From assembly GCA_050287845.1 (NCBI GenBank), contig JBNKCR010000089.1, positions 1-51,096 of the forward strand: DNA of 51,096 bases, given 5' to 3'. The position numbers and the translations under genes were made by a program. This document shows, piece after piece, positions 46,649-51,096 of this stretch (position 1 is the stretch's first letter; the number at the start of each line of letters is the position of its first letter). The notes under the pieces were generated by a model. The model worked only from the letters and a program-made list of their open reading frames with translations. It was not told the origin of the DNA and did no database searches. Source of the DNA: Polyangia bacterium (lineage in GTDB: Bacteria > Myxococcota_A > Polyangia > JAAYKL01).

Positions 46649-48994
46649 ATGGACGTATTCAGATTTTCCCCGCTGGCATTGTGGATGTGCATTGGGGTAT
46701 TCCAATTGGTGGTTGTATCGTGTTCAGACGACGCGACCGATTCCGAAACGGAGACCAGCGAGGTCGATTCAGACAGTGACAGTGATACCGATAGCGACAG
46801 CGACTCGGACAGTGATGGGGATAGCGATAGCGACAGCGACTCGGACAGTGATGGGGATAGCGACAGCGACAGCGACAGCGACTCGGACAGTGATGGGGAT
46901 AGTGATAGCGACAGCGACAGCGATAGCGACAGCGACAGCGACAGCGATAGCGACAGCGACAGCGACAGCGATACGGACAGCGATAGCGACAGCGACAGCG
47001 ATACGGACAGCGATAGCGACGGAGATACCGATAGCGACAGCGATACGGACAGCGACAGTGATACGGACAGCGACAGCGATACGGACAGTGATAGTGATAC
47101 CGATACCGAACCGGACAGTGACACTATTGCGTGGGATACCGGGGTGGACACCGGTGCGGATACCGAGTCGTCCGTCATTGCCGAGAAAGTGGATGCCCTG
47201 CTGGGCAGCATGAATCTGGACCAGAAAATCGGACAGATGACCCAGGCCACGGTGGCGGCGGTGACGCCGGAGGATATGGGCGATTATATGTTCGGCTCCC
47301 TGCTGGCCGGTGGGGGCGATGGTCCTTCCTCCGGCACCTTGCCTGATATCCAGTATCATCTGGATGCCCAGAGCTGGGCCGATTTTACCGACAGCTATCA
47401 GCAGGCGGCCATGAACGTCGGGGCAAAGATTCCCATTCTGTTCGGCATTGATGCGGTTCACGGCCATGCCAAAGTGCAGGGGGCCACCATTATTCCCCAC
47501 AACATTGGCCTTGGCGCCACCAGAAACCCGCAGCTGGTGCGCCAACTGGGCGAAATCACCGCAAAGGAAATCATGGCCACCGGGTGCCACTGGACCTTCG
47601 CGCCCACCCTTGCGGTGGCCCGGGACGAAAGATGGGGGCGCACCTATGAGTCATTCGGGGAGCATCCGGAAATGGCGTCGATGATGAGTTCATTCATTTC
47701 GGGACTGCAGGGGAATCTGGCGGCCGATGATACGGTACTGGCCACGGCCAAACATTTTGTGGGGGATGGCGGCGCCATGTGGGGCACCAGTCCGGTGGCC
47801 TATACCCAGGGGGAGCCCCCCAACGAAATCACCATTACCGGCGATATTGACCAGGGAGATGCGGTGATGGATGAAGATGCCTTCCGGGCCATTCATCTGG
47901 AACCCTATTACGAGGCCATCGCCCGGCAGGTGGGCAGTGTGATGCCCTCGTACAGCGCCTACAACGGCAAAAGAATGCACGGCAGCAAATACTGGGTGAA
48001 CGATGTGCTCAAAGGAGAACTGGGGTTCAGGGGATTTGTGATTTCAGACTGGGATGCGTTCTACCATATCGAGGAACCCCGGGATGAGTTGTCGTACAGC
48101 GAGGTGGTGACGTCGGTGAACGCGGGCATCGACATGTTCATGGCGCCCTATGGCTATGAGGATTTTATCGGGTTTCTCAAAGAGGCGGTCGACAAGGGCG
48201 ATGTCTCCATGAGTCGTATTGATGACGCAGTGCGCCGCATTCTGACCATAAAGCACCGCATGCATCTGTTCGACCAGCCATATGCCCAGCGTCAGTATCT
48301 GAGCGATATTCGTTCCTCAGCCCATCGTGACCTCGCCAGACAGGCGGTGCGGGAATCTCTGGTGCTGCTGAAGAATGAAGGCAGTCTGTTGCCCCTGTCC
48401 CCGGACGATACCGTGTGTCTTACCGGCAGTGGCGCCAACAGCATGGTGTCCCAGACCGGCGGTTGGACCCTGGGATGGACCGAGGCCTCCATGAATGTGG
48501 AGGGAGACACCATCTCCGGGGGGCTGAACGGGTATCTGAACGGCAAGGGCGGTTCGGTGGTGGATAGCGGATGCAGGGTGGGCATCCGGGTGGTGAGTGA
48601 ATCCCCCATCAGCTATGCCGAATACTACGGCGATGAAGCCGATCCGTCCCACGACAACTCGGGCAATTGCGATGCCACCGATGGCTGCGTGGTGATTGTG
48701 CTGGGCGGACGCCCGGTCAATATTGAAGAACTCATCAACGACAGCGAGAGCAAAGCCGTGGTCATGGGATGGTATCCGGGCAGTGAAGGCGGCGGCATCG
48801 TTGATGTGCTCTATGGCGTGGACGGTGCCAACTTTAAAGGCAAACTCCCGATGACCTGGAAAAAAGACAACGTCAATACCCCGGTCAACTACTGCGAAGG
48901 CGACCAGTGCGGCGACACCGGCGACCACTATTCCGACCTCAAAAATCCCCCGGACAGCGTCCTCTTCCCCTACGGCTACGGCCTGAAGTTCTGA
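46649..48994 (+). CDS. GH3 beta-glucosidase / exo-glucanase lipoprotein, copy 2, with a long (DS)n stalk
   Basis: Same GH3 motifs; about 120-aa DS/DT tract after VVSC. Confidence 0.94.
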   Translation: MDVFRFSPLALWMCIGVFQLVVVSCSDDATDSETETSEVDSDSDSDTDSDSDSDSDGDSDSDSDSDSDGDSDSDSDSDSDSDGDSDSDSDSDSDSDSDSDSDSDSDSDTDSDSDSDSDTDSDSDGDTDSDSDTDSDSDTDSDSDTDSDSDTDTEPDSDTIAWDTGVDTGADTESSVIAEKVDALLGSMNLDQKIGQMTQATVAAVTPEDMGDYMFGSLLAGGGDGPSSGTLPDIQYHLDAQSWADFTDSYQQAAMNVGAKIPILFGIDAVHGHAKVQGATIIPHNIGLGATRNPQLVRQLGEITAKEIMATGCHWTFAPTLAVARDERWGRTYESFGEHPEMASMMSSFISGLQGNLAADDTVLATAKHFVGDGGAMWGTSPVAYTQGEPPNEITITGDIDQGDAVMDEDAFRAIHLEPYYEAIARQVGSVMPSYSAYNGKRMHGSKYWVNDVLKGELGFRGFVISDWDAFYHIEEPRDELSYSEVVTSVNAGIDMFMAPYGYEDFIGFLKEAVDKGDVSMSRIDDAVRRILTIKHRMHLFDQPYAQRQYLSDIRSSAHRDLARQAVRESLVLLKNEGSLLPLSPDDTVCLTGSGANSMVSQTGGWTLGWTEASMNVEGDTISGGLNGYLNGKGGSVVDSGCRVGIRVVSESPISYAEYYGDEADPSHDNSGNCDATDGCVVIVLGGRPVNIEELINDSESKAVVMGWYPGSEGGGIVDVLYGVDGANFKGKLPMTWKKDNVNTPVNYCEGDQCGDTGDHYSDLKNPPDSVLFPYGYGLKF

Positions 48995-49299
48995 TTGCGC
49001 GCACCTGAAGGTTCACTCTGTTGCCCGTTCGGCGAATCTTGAATGCACACACATTCTCAAAAAAAGGCATGCTCTCCTACGAGCGGGATTCCATCCCTGA
49101 TTGTGATCCTGCTCAAATAATTTGTTACGGAATGAATCTCGCAGAAGTAAACCGAAACGCATTGAAGATGCACCAACACGCTCTGCAACTGAGAATCGAG
49201 ATTCCGTCATTACCGTGCAGCGCCATGAATGGCGCTGATAGCACAGAACTGGATCTCCGCCTACGCGGACTAGCATGACGAATGGTACCTCGTTGACCT

Positions 49300-49490
49300 G
49301 TTACTCGAAGTATAAGAAGTACTTCATTATGCGCAGGAAAAGCAGTAACATAAAACCATTTTCTGCCAGTATTAAACCACCGGTCTTCCGTGAAACGAAG
49401 GCTTAAAGGGGCTTGCGCCGTATGATGGGAAACTATCTTGTACGGTGCTCAGGGGGTGACGGGGGCGAAAGCCCCCTGATCTACCCGGAA
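49300..49490 (+). mobile_element. Group II intron 3' remnant: domain V, domain VI and a possible tail of the intron-encoded protein
   Basis: 34-nt DV GCGCCGTATGATGG-GAAA-CTATCTTGTACGGTGC (49415-49448); DVI GGGGGC-GAAA-GCCCCC with bulged A in CTACCC; upstream frame YSKYKKYFIMRR...* resembles an RT/maturase C-terminus. Confidence 0.85.
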
Positions 49491-49505
49491 CTCATGGAGA
49501 GAAAT

Positions 49506-49931
49506 ATGAAGGTAAAAGTTGCACTCGTGGTCGCGTATATTTTTCTTGGCTATATTATTATTTCCACAGTGATCGGAGTCTTCAGTTCGATTGGATCCGC
49601 TGTATTTGCATACTCAGCACTCGCAACTTTTGAAAAATATATGATGGTAGCAAAATGGTTTCTTTACATTTTTGCAGGTATTGCAATGCCAATGGCAACA
49701 GGATGGTTGATTTGGAAACGAAAAAAAGCCAGTGTGATTTTAATTCAAATCAATTGCATCATTTGTCTTTTGTTGTCTTTCGGGTTGTTATTTCAATTTT
49801 TTTGGTCTGGTTTGGACCAAAATTTATTATGGAAATTACTGATGAATCCATATTCTGTCGGAAAAATCGTTTTTGCTTTTATACTGTTGTCACTGTTTAA
49901 CAAACGGACTCTGGTAGAATATTTCTCCTGA
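49506..49931 (+). CDS. AT-rich hypothetical membrane protein (about 4 TM)
   Basis: RBS GGAGA; hydrophobic 141-aa ORF; much lower GC than the flanking GH3 genes. Confidence 0.75.
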   Translation: MKVKVALVVAYIFLGYIIISTVIGVFSSIGSAVFAYSALATFEKYMMVAKWFLYIFAGIAMPMATGWLIWKRKKASVILIQINCIICLLLSFGLLFQFFWSGLDQNLLWKLLMNPYSVGKIVFAFILLSLFNKRTLVEYFS

Positions 49932-49948
49932 TGAGATCGAGTAACAAT

Positions 49949-50027
49949 GTGCAGAAACGACTGAGATAAGGGCCGAAACGGATGGTCCCAACTCACCGGG
50001 TCTTCAGGAGACCCGAGGCGGTACAGC
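49949..50027 (+). mobile_element. Putative group II intron 5' fragment (start of domain I)
   Basis: GTGCAG (GUGYG-like) start; hairpins GGGCC..GGTCC and CGGGTCT(T)..AGACCCG, then GCGGTACAGC; abruptly replaced by AT-rich DNA. Confidence 0.5.
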
Positions 50028-50136
50028 AATCAAGTTGCAATAATTGATTCTGGAGAAGAAACCTCCATTCTGAACTTTTTTTGGGTAAATATAGAATCTA
50101 TCCCTGCATAAGACATTGAAATCATATGAAATAATT

Positions 50137-50163
50137 GTAGGAACGAAAAATTTTCGCCCCTAT
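50137..50163. repeat. GTAG-type REP hairpin
   Basis: GTAGGAACGAAAAATTTTCGCCCCTAT, preceded by AATT as in the copies at 24153 and 29662. Confidence 0.6.
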
Positions 50164-50792
50164 CTTCTCAGTGATCCAGTTAGGAATGTCCCGATTGTTG
50201 CCCGGATGAAAGCTTAATAAATCCATAAATAATATTCGATTTTGATGTTCTTTTCATATAATTTGGAAATGGTCCTGATTTATAAAAAGTTGAAAACACG
50301 ATTGGTGGAGACATCCGGAATGAACCAAAGAAATTGGCGGTTTCCTCATTATTGGCAGTCTCGGAGCCAGCGAGACTGCGGAGCTGTCTGGAGTGCTTCT
50401 TTTCTATGAGGAAAGTATACGTCGGGTAAAATGGACTATTTTTTCCCGGTTTGCGATCAGAGATGACCAGATTGTTCGAGTTGAACACAGAAAAGATTAA
50501 ATGACGCATACAATGTTCATTTGATCTTCCCTGAACTGAGTGTCCTGCCGAATTAAGTGGCCCCGATGGGCTCAGTGTTCAATCAACGGAACATTGATTT
50601 GGTCCAGTGACTGGATGTGCCGTTTCACATTTAAATTTGTGGGGAAACCATCTGCTGGTTGAAAAGCCGGTAGTTATGCCCGAACAGCAGGGAAATAAAT
50701 GCAACTCGCATTCGATGAAAATACAGAATCTGGGCTGCAGACGTACAAATCGGGATACGCTCTTTGTAAAATTTCAACAGCGGGAGACTAAC

Positions 50793-51096
50793 ATGAACAA
50801 TAAATCGCGTACAATTTTATTTTGGTTTTTACTGATAACCGGACTTGTGCACATGGGGTGTAGTGATGATTCTTCCAATGGCGATGGAGATGGGGACGGT
50901 GGCGATACGGATTCCGATACGGATACAGATGCAGACACGGATTCCGATACGGACACGGATTCCGATACGGACACGGACACAGATACAGATACAGATACAG
51001 ACGCGGATTCGGACACCGGTGCGGATACCGAGTCGTCCGTCATTGCCGAGAAAGTGGATGCCCTGCTGGACAGCATGAATCTGGACCAGAAAATCG
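50793..51096 (+). CDS. GH3 lipoprotein, copy 3 (5' part, truncated by the window edge)
   Basis: RBS GGGAG; MNNKSRTILFWFLLITGLVHMGC, DT stalk, then [22 protein letters not shown], matching copy 2. Confidence 0.88.
   Translation, partial: MNNKSRTILFWFLLITGLVHMGCSDDSSNGDGDGDGGDTDSDTDTDADTDSDTDTDSDTDTDTDTDTDTDADSDTGADTESSVIAEKVDALLDSMNLDQKI

Noticed and set aside
49928..49990. Hammerhead ribozyme (CTGATGAG...CGAAAC...GTC)
   Set aside because: Stems I and II do not pair; the segment is better explained as a stop codon plus an intron 5' fragment.

Overview
A 51 kb bacterial chromosomal segment of moderately high GC. It is probably from an uncultured Myxococcota or delta-proteobacterium, inferred from Cys-rich D-x-D-x-D-G repeats, (DS/DT)n-stalk lipoproteins and a myxobacterial-type caspase remnant. 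Housekeeping and signalling genes (ilvB-ilvN, monomeric icd, HtrA protease, MaoC hydratase, two histidine kinases, hemerythrin, aldo/keto reductase) are mixed with secreted lipoproteins carrying acidic low-complexity linkers: a BspA/DUF285 protein, a CotH kinase, two GH5 and three tandem GH3 enzymes. The most unusual signals are non-coding. (1) An intact REP-associated HUH tyrosine transposase (RAYT) has a GGGGTCA repeat cluster, and related CGGGGAC(G) motifs bracket successive accessory genes at 24.8-31.8 kb in strictly alternating orientation, like a cassette array. (2) A ~540/630 bp VF530 + cotH-tail segment is duplicated in inverted orientation ~18.4 kb apart, with a permuted junction-like copy of its flanks at 29.6 kb. 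(3) An AT-rich membrane-protein gene lies between a group II intron 3' end and an apparent group II intron 5' end. No rRNA, tRNA or CRISPR array was recognised. All calls were made by eye; no searches were run.
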